64,000 nt of DNA from Octopus sinensis (taxonomy: Eukaryota): contig NC_042999.1 in the NCBI RefSeq assembly GCF_006345805.1, positions 121,396,001 through 121,460,000 on the forward strand. Reading direction: 5' to 3'. Shown piece after piece: positions 1-12,530 of the stretch (positions within the stretch are counted from its first letter, which is position 1; the number at the start of each line of letters is the position of its first letter). The notes under the pieces are model-generated. The model was not told the DNA's origin and did not search any database. It saw only the letters and a list, made by a program, of their open reading frames with translations. The translations under genes and the position numbers were made by a program.

Positions 1-410
1 TATAGCAAGACACCTGTTTCAGCCTGTTTCTCTGTCACACTCTAATCTTTCATCATCTGACACAAGATTCCCTCTTCCAATGACCCTGCCCCTCTCAAAA
101 TTCTTTGTCTTACAAGTTACTTGGTGACCCTGCTGGTGCTGGTGCCTCGTAAAAAGCATCCAGTCCTCACTGTAAAGTGGTTAGCATTTGGAAAGGCATC
201 CAGCTGTAAAAATCATACCAAAATTGACCTTGATTGTGCTGGTACCATGTAAAAAGCACTGAACCCACTGTGGAGTGGTTGGTGTTAGGTACCCTGCCAA
301 AGCAGATACAGTAGCTTGGAGTTGTCTTCTACCTGGCTAGCTCCTGTGAACCAGCCTACTCACACATGCAGGGAAGATGGACGTTAAACAATGATGATTG
401 AGATGATATA
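1..410 (+). mobile_element. Degenerate retroposon 3' end carrying the RTE-type tail
   Basis: Contains the window's recurrent tail (gtaaaaagca...gagtggttggtgttagg...gaaaggcatccagctgtaaa...ggacgttaaacaatgatgat), diverged from the RTE tail at 10060-10243. Confidence 0.6.
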
Positions 411-1029
411 TACACACAAATTAAGATCAGTTTAAATTGATGAATCTATAAAGGCTTTTCCCACAAGCGCAAACTCTGAAGAAGATAGTATTTGTTAAGG
501 TTGTATAGTTTTTTCAATCAATCAACCAACTGAATAAATGGAATTATGAATGCACCTATAATGCATATCAGAAACAGCTATAAGATGCACAAATAAAGAA
601 ATATGAAAAGTCCATTATTTATGCTTTTTCTTGTACATTACTATGAAAAATGCCATATTAACTGGAGAATGCAAGAATGGGTTTACAAAGTTGACTTGTG
701 ATGGACCTCGACTTCAGATCATTCCTCAGGATTACCTATGGTTCTACACCAATTAGAAAACCTTTGATAACTTGGCGTATTTGTATTAACAGCAAGCTTG
801 AGAAGTATTTTACCCAAATTTATAATCCCTTTTTAAAAACTCTTTAAATAGTGTCCCACAATTAACAATCTATCTCAGTGAAATTGGACAATTTCTATGA
901 CTGTTTGATGTCATAATTAAGTAATAAACATAAAATTGTCAGTTTTGTTTTCTAAATTTGCCTGATTTCATTGAAATAGTAAATTTTGGGACACCCTTTA
1001 ATATATGTATATTGTATTCATATCAATCC

Positions 1030-1440
1030 CCATTTCTAAGCATCTGCTACACTCTTTGCACACTCTTCCTAACTTACCTACCCACTCTTTCTATTCCTCT
1101 ACATCTATTCTTTCTCTCTCATAATCACCTTTGGGATGTACCCTCACTATCCCTCACCATTATGCTCCCTTCCAGCTTGGGAACCTCTGTATTTTCCTCT
1201 TCAGCAATACACCTCTTCCTGTCCCTCTATCAAACATTCACCTCCATCAATACACAATTAAGATGTCTTGTCTAGTGAAAACTTGGGGACCCCACCAGTA
1301 CACTCTGTACAATGGTTGATGTTAGGAAGAGTATCTAGCTGTACAAACTATGTCAAAACAAATGCTGGATCTGGGCACAATCCTCAGACTCATCAGCTTT
1401 TGTTGGACCATCCAAACTATGCAAGCATGGAAAAATGAAT
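1030..1440 (+). mobile_element. Old retroposon 3' remnant (pyrimidine-rich body plus degenerate RTE-type tail)
   Basis: ggttgatgttaggaagagtatctagctgtacaaac...catgcaagcatggaaaaatgaatgctgaatgagga resembles the shared tail. Confidence 0.45.
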
Positions 1441-1471
1441 GCTGAATGAGGATTATATATATATATATATA

Positions 1472-1690
1472 GTTAATCCAGATATGAAAACACAAAGAGA
1501 AAACACAACAACGCGAGGACATGGAACAAGTATAGTGTCATTGGACGCTCAGGAAAGGAATGAAAGAAGGAGGATTTAAGGTTTTGAGCGGAGCGCTTCG
1601 TCAGAAACATAGAATAAGGAAAGGTCCAAGGAAGGGAAGAAGGAGAAAGAAAATTGCCAACGATACACATGTGCTCACACACAGACACAT
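1472..1690 (-). mobile_element. Short PLE pseudo-LTR-like element with a degenerate hammerhead (1575-1608)
   Basis: Minus strand reads CTGACGA-A-GCGC-TCC-GCTC-AAAAC-CTT-AAA. It shares gcgctcaggaaa with the 48.6 kb and 54.9 kb elements and abuts an (AT)n run. Confidence 0.55.
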
Positions 1691-4600
1691 GCACAAAGTA
1701 CTAGTCACATACTAAAGTTGATTATAATTACTTCAACTGATTAAATTCTCCTGACTCTTCCAACTGGACTTTGGCTAATGCTAGAAATTGTATATTTAAA
1801 AAAAAAACATAGAATACCCATTAACTATATGAACCATGATTTTTTAACAATTCTTGTAAAGATCAAATTCCAGCCTATATACTGTACATGTGTAAAAAGA
1901 AATTAATAATGGTATCTTTTGTAAACCTTTTCCAGGATTTTCTTTCACTTAATATCACACATACCTAAAGTATTTTTGACAGCCTACTGAGTACTTAACT
2001 GTGTGCACAAAGTCGTTCTCAACATGTACAAATGAAAATAAAGGAAATGCAAACTGAACAATAGAAAATAAATATTCAAGAAATGCATTCCATTATTATT
2101 TTCATGAGAAAATAAACTTCATGATCAATTGTGAATTGTTTGCACTTATTGAAGTTATTGCTTTATTTTAAACACACATACACACACACATACACTCAAA
2201 CACACACACACTTTTCATATCTTCACAGGAAAAGATGGAAGTTTTGATTGATCTATTTTGCAGTGTCTTCAGTTGCTTCAACAATACTTCAGTTATAGCT
2301 TACGCAATAGGAAGATCACTCTACTGAAATGTAGAAGATATTGAAGATATCAATCAGCCACATTACAATAAGAAAAGAAGTAATAATTCAGACATATATT
2401 TAATATTTAATCAAAACTTTTGTCTTCCATTATTATATATATTTTCTTGTAAGATTCATTCTTCAATTGAAAGCAACCTGCAGCTTTTATTAGAAGATTT
2501 CCAATTAACAAAACTACAATTTTATAGGGACAAAGAGCATATTGGAAAATATATTTCACTGAGAAATGCAGAAGTAAAATAAATTTCAAAGACATTACCC
2601 AGTAAAACTTAAATATAAAAAAAAAATGAAATATTTTCACAAATAAATTCTTATTTTAAAAAACCAGTTTGGGACTTGTTTTTAAATTTCTTTTGTTTTA
2701 AACATTGAAAATGAACTTCAACATAATATTTCATATGATTCAGAAGCAAATAAATTTAGAGGCAGTATTATAAAATTATTGAATAGATATTTGATATTGC
2801 ATATAGTTTATTTTTAGCAATATTTTCTTTGGACTTTTAACAATACTAGCTTTAAAATGAATTTCCTTCAACTCTACGATCAACTAAAATTACAACTTCT
2901 TTTATAAGACTAATTGATAGGAGAGGTGATGCTGTCAATGGCATTAACAACCTGTTAAAGGAAATATCTCAAAAATTTGAGCAAGGATCCAAACAGACAG
3001 TAATGCAACATAACTAAAATAAAAAAAATCTACCTAAAGTGCAAAATAGTATTAAAAAAAAATTTACAAAGATCATTTTTATGTATTAGCAAATTGATTA
3101 GTATTGTAAAGAGTAACATAAGCTAAATACACAGCTTTTATATAGTTTACAAATACATTTTCAAGAAGTCAGCTATAATGCACTCATAAATCTGTGTTAA
3201 TCTGCACTAAAACTCCATTCAATAAACCACCAATTTTACAAAGACAGATCAATCAAAGTGATATACTCTCTGCTTTTTCATAACAAATGAAGGTACCTCC
3301 ACACAGTTTCTGCTGTTTTCTTCAGCGCAATTTATTATTAATCGTTAATATTTAAGTAAAAGAAAATTTAACGGAAGGAATTTTTATCTGCTCCCATGCC
3401 GATAATAACCCCATAAAAAACCCAGCAGCTAAAAGAGGCTGTATCAAAAATCTCAAAATGGAAAGAAGCTTATCCATGCATTAATAGCACTGCTTTCAAA
3501 TCAGTTACACAACTAAGCTGCACCATCTTCTAATGCAGCAAATAGTAAATAAAATTCACAAGTTCTTTTGGTTGAATTTTCAGTCAGCTTACTTAAAAAA
3601 AAAACCAAGGTTATTGAAAATAATCTGACATCAAACCATTTCTCTCAATGAATATTGTGACCAAAAAGCAATGCTTGAGTGGAAGGTTGCAGATAGGATG
3701 TTGTAAAAGTGGTGAACCAAGGAAATGACAGAACATCTAGCTCAGACAACAGTTTTGGCTTACTTATACATAAATCAGAAGATAACAGCTAGCATCAAGT
3801 ATTGTAAACCAGTTATTCTTTTTATTATTGGGTCATCCATTGCTGTGACAATGACCAAGGACATCACATGGGAGATGATGGGCCAATCAGTCTGATGCAT
3901 GCTCAGAAGGCTCTGCTGTATGTCAGGCACTGGTAATTTGCTGAGACTGAAAGCAAGTAGTTCGCTCTGGACTTGGATAGTCACATTTTCTTTGTGCACA
4001 TATATACATGGAAAGCCTGCTAAATTAAATTTCTTAATTAGAGAAAAAAAAAAAAAGACTTCACATATTTGGGGAGGTCCAACTGCAAAACAAGATATTC
4101 TTTGCACAAATTACATGAGAAACTACATGTCTGGCATCTATTCCACTAAGACAGAACATGTCAGCATAAGTAGCTCATTTCAGTAGTCTTTTGAAAAATA
4201 GAATTTGGATCATGCTATTTTCTGTTACATATCTTTCTCAAAACTTGCACAAAACTATGCTGATAGAAAACTGTTATACCATAATTATACAAGATAATAG
4301 AGGCAAGTTGGTAGGAGGAGCCAAAGTATAATAGCTAAGGTAATTATTAACATAGAGTTTAATTAAAAGAAATTATTGACGGAAAATATAATTAAAGTAG
4401 TACTTGCATAAATGTAAGATTTCATTTGGACTAGAAAATTATCTATTGATTGTTGGTTTGCATTTAATTACACCTAAAGACCCATTTATTAATTTGAAGT
4501 ATTTATGCATTATTTTTCAGAATATCCCAGTGTTAATTTCTAATGTTTTCTAAAATCTGATATATGCATACAGCATTACTTTGCAAGAGCATATTTAAAA

Positions 4601-6702
4601 ATGCAATGAAGGATAAACAACAAAAGAAAGACAAGTACCATTTTTATATAGTAGTAATTTCTATGGACATTTAAACATTGCATTGCACTTGCTCTCTCCA
4701 GGGAATCTCATTGCAATGTTATTTCACATAGGTTATTTGACATTATTTCTATTATACATATAATTTAAAATAAATTAGGAACTTTTACCTTTTACTTTGA
4801 TTTCTTGCAACATTCTAGTCTATTCTGGCTGCTGTGAGGAGCTTCTATTTTAATAGTAATGTAATTACTGAGGAATGGAAATCAGCAAAACTGTCAGCAC
4901 ATTGAACAAAATGCCTTACATCATTGTGTTATGATCCTCTAGATTCTAAGTTCCATTAAGGTTGATCTACAATAGCTTCTCACCCTTCCAGTGTCAAAAT
5001 AATTACCATTTAAGTACCAGATCAACATATTTCCCTATATTCATCCTATAAATTTGAGACTCAGTGAGTTAGAAATCAAGGACATTTGCATAAAGACATG
5101 CTGACTGCTTAAAGTGATAGGAACTTGTGGAAGAGGGAAATTCAGGAAGACATGGGACAAAGAACTGAAGGCTAATCTCAAGATGCTGGGCCTTGCAGAG
5201 AAGATGACAAAGGACTGAGATTATTAGTGTTTTACTGTGCTGAAGAGACCAATCCATTACAGTAATAATGATATCATAAAAACCACTCAGCAATGCTTGG
5301 GCATAGGCCACTCTGCTCCACCTCCTGCTAACATGTCAAGCATTCCTCCCAACCCCATTTTCATCCATGCCTCCATATATGATAATGCTGTACTCACTAT
5401 AGAGCAGAATCAGCACATGTATCCCTTCCTCTCCCTAACAGTCACCCTATTCCTGGAATCACTTCCATTCCTCATTCTCTTGGCACATTATTTCTACTAG
5501 TCACTTCCTTTTTGAGCCTTCAGCAACTGCTCTCTCTCTCTCTCTTCAACAATACTCCATTCTAAACACTTCTCTTATCTTCTCTTATTTCCTCTCACAA
5601 TTATTATCATGCCCCAATTACTCTAGCCTTTATGTACCTGTACATCTCCCTATCCACATCATTTCTGTTCTCTTTTCTGTCTTGAGTTACTACCTTCCTT
5701 GTATCTCCTTCAGCCATATATCTCCTCCTTAACAAGATACTTGTACTTGTCCCTCTTTCATACGCCTCTCAATACTTGGCATAAAATCAACCACCTTGAT
5801 CTTCTCTCAAATGCTTCCACTTAGTAATGGGAGCTTCTTCCTTTTCTTTTTTTCCCCCCTGTTCTGTTACTGTCATACAAGTTACATTGCAGCCTCACTA
5901 GAACCAGTGGGCAGGAATAAGGCACCCAGTGGACTTTGTACAATAGCTGGTATTAGGTAAGGTATCCAGAGACAAAAACCATGCGAAAAATATCAATGGC
6001 ACTCAACACAACCTTGCAGCTCATCAGTTCCTGTCAAACTATCCAACTTAAACCAGCATGGAAAGACTTGACTTTAAATGAAGATGTATCTCAAGTTAAA
6101 GCTGCAGCTAGTTTGATACATATTTTGAAAACAATTCTATTAGAGCAAGTGATCAATTTAATGACCATATTTTGTTTTCCCTCTGCTGGATTTGGAGAGT
6201 AGTGTATGGCCTTTCCAGTATCTCTATTCTAATGATAGTGATGAAATTAATATTCTGGAGCAACAATTAAGCCCCTAATTGATAGCTGCTCATGATTAAG
6301 GAGGGTGCAGTACAATTTTGATATATCTACAGAAAAGGATTCTTACAGGAACTCAGTTTACATATTCAAAACAGATCTGTTATGTGGTATCTAGGTTGCA
6401 TGCATGGTGGAGTTTTGTTAGGGAGATTGAGTGATAGAGGTAAGTGTGACAGGAAAGAGAGAGGTAAGAGGATTAGAGAATGCCAAGTGGTGGAGGAGGC
6501 AACAATAGTAGACTTGGTGATAATATTTACACACATGCACACACAAAACTAAATACACACATGTACACAACCACACACACATACATTAATATATAGTGAT
6601 GTACAACTCAATGTACATTATTACCAGCATTGTGACTTTCAATTCACAATTCACACACACACACACACACGTCTGTGTGCATGTGTATGTATAGGTGAAG
6701 GT

Positions 6703-6870
6703 GTATGTGCATGGTTAAAAAGTTTTCTTCACCATCTTATAGTATTAGATTCAATCACACTGAGTGGTACCCAGCATGAGTCTTTTATTACAGCATTCAG
6801 CTGACCAAAAATGTGTCAGTGGCTCTGGTAGACAGAATCTGAAGAAGCCCATCATAAACATGTCTGTGTA
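6703..6870 (+). mobile_element. Degenerate tRNA-derived SINE remnant
   Basis: tggttaaaaagttttcttc...ttcaatcacactgagtggtacc...ctgaccaaaa...ggtagacagaatctgaagaagccc, similar to the copies at 11.5 kb and 31.6 kb. Confidence 0.4.
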
Positions 6871-7167
6871 TGTTTACATTTAGGTTTGTTTTGGGTTTTT
6901 TTCTTTAAAAAAATCACTGAGCTACAAATGATGGTATTTGTGTCATTTCTTCTGTCAACAAATTCATAGCCTCTTCAGAGCAATGTCCAACATCAAAGTC
7001 CTTATTTGAAAAACAGTATGTGTTAGTTACTGGAAGGACATCTGGCTGTAAAAAATGCCCCAATAATATACCTAATTCACACTAGCATGGATATACAGAT
7101 TTAAAAAAAAAAAGGAATGAAAAATATATACATATATGTACACAAACACACACACACACACAAACAC

Positions 7168-9829
7168 CCTATTGTGGGCTACCTCATTGACAAATGACAG
7201 TGACCTTCTCTTTGTGGCAGGTGATTTCAATGGACATGTTGGACGGCATGTCGGGGGCTTCCATGGCGTTCATGGAGGCTACAGTTTTGGCTCTCGAAAT
7301 GAGGAGGGAACCAGGCTGCTGGAGTTCTGCGATGCAAACGACCTTATGGTTTGCAATACCAACTTCAGGAAACCCACCTCTCACCTACTCACCTACCGAT
7401 CTGGCAGACACACTAGCCAGATTGACTACATCCTCGCCAGAAAGAGGGAAAGAGGGCTGCTTATAAATGCCAAAACCTTTCCAGGCGAAGAATGTACTCC
7501 TCAACATAGATTAGTAGTTAGCGACTTCAAGATCAGAGCTAAATGGTTGCCCAGAAGAAGACCAGCTTGGAGGAGAAGGGTCTGGAAGCTTAAAGATCCT
7601 GCAAATGGACAGGGATTTAGAGACATACTATTCGAAGCCTTTGACGAAATAGAAGGGGATATAGCTTCACTTAATGTGGAAGACAACTGGAGATTTCTAC
7701 GGGACAATCTGCAGACAGCCACTGACCAGATCTGTGGATGGAGAAAAGTCCCATCTCGACTCAGAGTAACGTGGTGGTGGAACAATGTGGTTGACAGGGC
7801 TATTAGACAAAAGAAACAGGCTTGGAGGGACTGAAAGAACGGTGGTAGCAGGGAATTGTATCAGACAGCCAGAAGGGAAGCTAGGAGACAGGTTTATTTA
7901 GCCAGAGGGGAAGTGGATAAGAAAAAATTTGCCAATGTTCTGCGCCGTGAGGATGAAAGACTTGAGGTATTTCGTGTTGCAAGACAGTGTGTGAGAGAGA
8001 ATTGTGATGTGGTAGGAGAGAAATGTATCTGCATGGATGACGGTTCACTTGCGCTAAATGAGGATGCAAAGAGAGAGGTTTGAAGATGCCACTATGAAAG
8101 GTTGCTGAATAAAGAAAATGAACGGGATAAAGAGAGTCTGCCGAATGTCAACCCAACAAAGGGACCAGCCATCCGAGTTGACAATTCTTTGGTAGTTAAG
8201 GCAATTAGAAGCATGAAGACAGGGAAAGCCTCAGGCCCATCAGGAATTACTGCAGAGATGCTCAAAATATCTGGCAGTGTCGGCTATAACCTAGTCACCC
8301 ATATAGTTAACCAGGTGATACACGAAGGAGTCATACCCAATGACTGGTGTAGCAGCATACTAGTCAACTGCTATAAAGGTGAAGGAGATGCCCTAGATAC
8401 AAATAATTACAGAGGTATCAAGCTGTTGGATCAGGTAATGAAGGTTACAGAGAGGGTCATAGCCCAACTGATTAGGGAGCGAGTCAACTTGGACGAGATG
8501 CAGTTTGGTTTCATGCCAGGGAAAAGTACCAGATGCCATATTTCTGGTGAGACAGCTGCAGGAGAAATACCTAGCCAAAGATAAGCCCCAGTACCTGGCT
8601 TTCATTGACACGGAGAAAGCCTTTGACAGGGTCCCCCGATCCCTTATCTGGTGGTCAATGAGGAAACTAGGGATAGATGATGGCTGGTGAGGGCTGTGCA
8701 AGCCATGTACAGGGATGCCGTAAGTAAGATTAGGGTTGGCAACATGTACACAGAAGAATTCAAAGTAGAGGTTGGGGTCCACCAGGGTTCAGTACTCAGC
8801 CCCCTCCTATTTATCATAGTCCTCCAGGCAATTACGGAGGAATTCAAGACAGGTTGCCCCTGGGAGCTCCTCTATGCTGACGACCTTGCTCTAATTGCTG
8901 AGTCACTATCAGAACTGGAGGAGAAGTTCCAGGTGTGGAAGGAGGGTTTAGAATTGAGGGGCCTTAGAGTCAACCTAGCTAAAACCAAAGTACTAATAAG
9001 TAGGAAGGTAGACAATCCACAAATGTCTTCAGGAAGATGGCCCTGCTCGATCTGTAGAAAAGGTGTAGGTAGAAACTCTATAAGATGTACCCAGTGTAAG
9101 CTATGGACACATAAGAGGTGCAGCAATGTCAAAGGAAGGCTAACTGGGAAGATAATTTTTGTATGTGGCAGATGCTCGGGAGCAATAAACTCTGAAAATC
9201 TGCAGAAAACAACTTCCATCACTTTCCAGAAGGAAAAACTAGAAGTAGTTGATAGCTTTCATTATCTAGGTGACCAAGTCAGTAGTGGGGGTGGGTGCGT
9301 TGAAAGTGTAACTGATAGAGTAAGAATAGCCTAGGCAAAGTTTAGGGAGCTCTTACCTCTGCTGGTGACTAAAGGCCTCTCACTCAGAGTAAAAGGCAAA
9401 CTGTATGATGCATGTGTACAAACAGCCATGCTACATGGCAGTGAAACATGGGCCGTGACTGCTGAGGACATGCGTAAGCTCGCGAGGAATGAAGCCAGTA
9501 TGCTCCGATGGATGTGTAATGTCAGTGTGCATACTCGACAGAGCGTTAGTACCCTGAGAGAAATGTTGGACCTAAGAAGCATCAGTTGTGGTGTGCAAGA
9601 AAGACGATTGTGCTGGCATGGTCATGTGGCGAGAATGGATGAAGATAGGTGTGTGAAAACGTGCCAATCCCTAGCAGTTGAGGGAACCCGTGGAAGAGGT
9701 AGACCCAGGAAAACCTGGGACGAGGTGGTGAAGCACGACCTTCGAACTTTAGGCTTCACTGAGGAAATGACCAGCGACCGAGACCGTTGGAAATATGCTG
9801 TGCGTGAGAAGACCAGGCAGGACAAATGA
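7168..9829 (+). pseudogene. RTE ORF2 (APE endonuclease, RT, PHD-like finger) broken by stops and a frameshift
   Basis: Split across ORFs 7136-7834, 7856-8083, 8102-8584, 8505-8690, 8687-9334 and 9365-9829. Stops lie near 7832, 8082, 8688 and 9332, with a frameshift near 8530. Confidence 0.92.
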
Positions 9830-10243
9830 GTCCAGCCCACTTATGCATGCCTTTCCTCCCTTGGACACACAAAGACCTGTTGAGGCAAGCGAAGTCGATA
9901 AGGAACCTCATCCGACGACAGGCACCCATGCCAACCCCACTTTGCTTGCGAAGACCTGTTGGCCGATGCCAGTGCCGCCTCGACTGGCTTCCGTGCCGGT
10001 GGCACATAAAATGCACCAATCCAACCGTGGCCGTTGCCAGCCTCGCCTGGCACCTGTGCAGGTGGCACATAAAAAGCACCCACTACACTCACGGAGTGGT
10101 TGGCGTTAAGAAGGGCATCCAGCTGTAGAAACATTGCCAGATAAGACTGGAGCCTGGTGCAGCCTTCTGGCTTCCCAGATCCCCCAGTTGAACCGTCCAA
10201 CCCATGCTAGCATGGAGAACGGACCTTTAACGATGATGATGAT
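7168..10243 (+). mobile_element. RTE-clade LINE, 5'-truncated and disrupted, with 3' UTR and (GAT)n tail
   Basis: APE motifs GDFNGHVG, QIDYIL and TPQHRLVVSDF; RT motifs YRGIKLL, FIDTEKAFDRVPR, GVHQGSVLSPLLF and LYADDLAL; C-terminal RGRGRPRKTW; ends in (gat)4. Confidence 0.95.
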
Positions 10244-10719
10244 ATATATAGAAAGAGAAATACACATAATTACACATACATAAATATATGTTTGTATGTG
10301 TATAACATGAAATATGCATGAGAGAAAGAAGATCTTCCCAACATGAAACCCACTAAAGGGACTAGCCATTCTAATATTAGCAATATCACACATAAAGCAA
10401 TTAAGAATATGGATCATCAAGAGTTACTGCTGAGATGTTTACAATATCTGGTAACATTGGATACAACTACAAAAACTTGTGTACTCAATCAGGCAGTATA
10501 GGTAGATATCACATGAAATGACTGATGTGACAGCATCATACCCAGCTGTTACAAGGGGAAAAGCAATGTCTCAGAGAGACATAGTTACAGAAGTATTAAA
10601 TTGCTGCACTAGTCATGAAAGTGTCAAACCTTCAATAAATGAGAAAGAGAATTTTCTTAATTGAAATGCTTTTCAGTTCTGTGCCAGGAAGAAGTACTGC
10701 AGATGTCTTCCTCAAGAGA

Positions 10720-10890
10720 AACAACTGCAGAGGTATTGAGCTAAAAATATACTGCTGTATTTAACATCCATTAACCTGAAGAAAGCTTTCAACAGGTTGT
10801 CTTGTTCCTGATCTGGTGGTCACTGAGGAAGCTAGGAAAAGCTGAATACCATACAAGATGTACTGAGGCACTGTCAGTAAAGTGATATAT
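10720..10890 (+). mobile_element. Decayed RTE RT fragment
   Basis: aacaactgcagaggtattgagct...ctgaagaaagctttcaacagg...ctgatctggtggtcactgaggaagctagg parallels 8400-8720. Confidence 0.5.
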
Positions 10891-11477
10891 ATGGCAATGA
10901 GTATAACTACACTCATCCCTAGCCTCACTTCTACACATTCCTAAGGTGTCTACTCAATCACTCTTCATGACCTTCTGCCCTATACTCTCTTCTCTTCACC
11001 CTCTTGTGTATGGAAGGCTTATCCTGATACCATATTGCCAGCATCTATATCTCTCTATCTCTACCCCAATTACTCCTATTCACCCTTATATAATACAGAG
11101 TAAGCACATATCTCCTCCGTAATAAAAAAAAACAACTTGTTCTGTATATCATACTTTAACCTCTAAAACTAAGCATAAAACTACCCACCCCCTTCTAGTC
11201 ACTACTACTCAGCTTAAGGGGATCTTTAGTCTTGCAGGTTCTAGGGAAAACCTCACTAGAGTTAGTGTGACCCCAGAAAAAAAGGAAAAAATGTGTTTGG
11301 TGCTAGAAAGAGCATACAATTACAGAAACTATACCAAAACCTCAGACACTAAATGAAGACATGGTCCTGCAACTCAGTGACACATGTAAAACCGTCCAAC
11401 ACATGCCAATGTGGAAAACAGACATTAAATGATAATGATAATGGTGTGTGCATGTGTGTGCACTGGAGAGAATAGGT

Positions 11478-11710
11478 GCTGCATGGTAGTGTGGTTAAGC
11501 AGTTAGCTTCCCAAATAGCTTTAAGTTCAATCCCGCTGCATGGCATATACAAGTAATGTCCTTTGTTTCCAATTACCCATGACATGTCCAGTCACGAGGA
11601 AAAACTAAACAGGTGAGAATTAGCTGTAGAAAGGGCATCCAGCTGCCTCAATGAATCCCATCTGACCCATACAAACAGGGAGAATGGACTTTTAATTGCA
11701 GATGATGATA
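11478..11710 (+). mobile_element. Degenerate tRNA-SINE with RTE-type tail
   Basis: ggtagtgtggttaagcagttagcttccc...agttcaatcccgctgcatggca (A/B-box-like), followed by gaaagggcatccagctg...gatgatgat. Confidence 0.45.
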
Positions 11711-12344
11711 TATTAAACAGAGAAAGAGAGTTTTATGGTTACAATACAATTATGCTAAATACATATTCTGAGAATCAAGCGTAGAAATCTATGCAAACAA
11801 CTCCAATATTTAAACCAGTTCTTTACATAAACTTTCAAAGAAATCCATACCTACTGAGTTAAAAGTATCATATATTCCTAGACCGTATAAAAACATTTAC
11901 AAGGTGCTGGACTGAGAATAACATACAAACTTTAACCTGATTGTCTCCATTTTGTGTTTCTCCAAACACGAAACAGCTACTTACAGCCAGCCACTCAACT
12001 GCATCACCTTTACAGTGAGTTAAGACTTCTTTGTTACCAATGTAGCTTTGTGTAACTTGTTTTTCTTAATTTTGCCAGCATCTTTTTAAGAATATAGTTT
12101 CTGAGACTTCTGGTATTGATACTAAATCTAAATACATCTATCCATTATTGAAAAATGATATTTGTTGTGCCCATTTAATTTCCAAATTGTTAACTTTTTT
12201 TTTTAAGATGTCTATTTATCAGACTATTTCCTTATCTTAGATGTACAGCATTCTCTCCAAATTTTCTCCAGGTAATATTTTACAGACTAACATATCTTTC
12301 AGCCTTTGTATTTTGCAAAACTGTAGGTGGCAGATGCTAAATAT

Positions 12345-12403
12345 GAGAGATAGAGAGAGATAGAGAGAGAGAGACAGGGAGAGAGAAAGAGAGAGATAGA
12401 GAT

Positions 12404-12454
<51 letters not shown>

Positions 12455-12530
12455 GAGAGAAAGAGAGAGAGAGAGAAAGAGAGAGAGTGTGTGTGTGTGT
12501 GTGTGGTGTGTGTGTGTGTGCGCGTGTGCA
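12345..12530. repeat. Compound (GA)n-(GT)n microsatellite
   Basis: Directly visible. Confidence 0.95.

Noticed and set aside
3775-4186. Overlapping 110-aa (-) and 95-aa (+) ORFs
   Set aside because: No recognisable domain and weak splice context; the + frame only faintly resembles decayed LINE RT. Unresolved and not supportable as an exon.
6015-6030. CTGATGA on the minus strand (also near 62425, and on the + strand at 60951)
   Set aside because: No stem II plus GAAA plus UH arrangement can be built; the 60951 hit is inside a SINE.
7184-9840. Antisense and alternate-frame ORFs overlapping the RTE and CR1 copies (also at 32.6-34.1, 36-38.9 and 52-54 kb)
   Set aside because: They are shadows of GC-richer TE coding sequence with no independent motifs.
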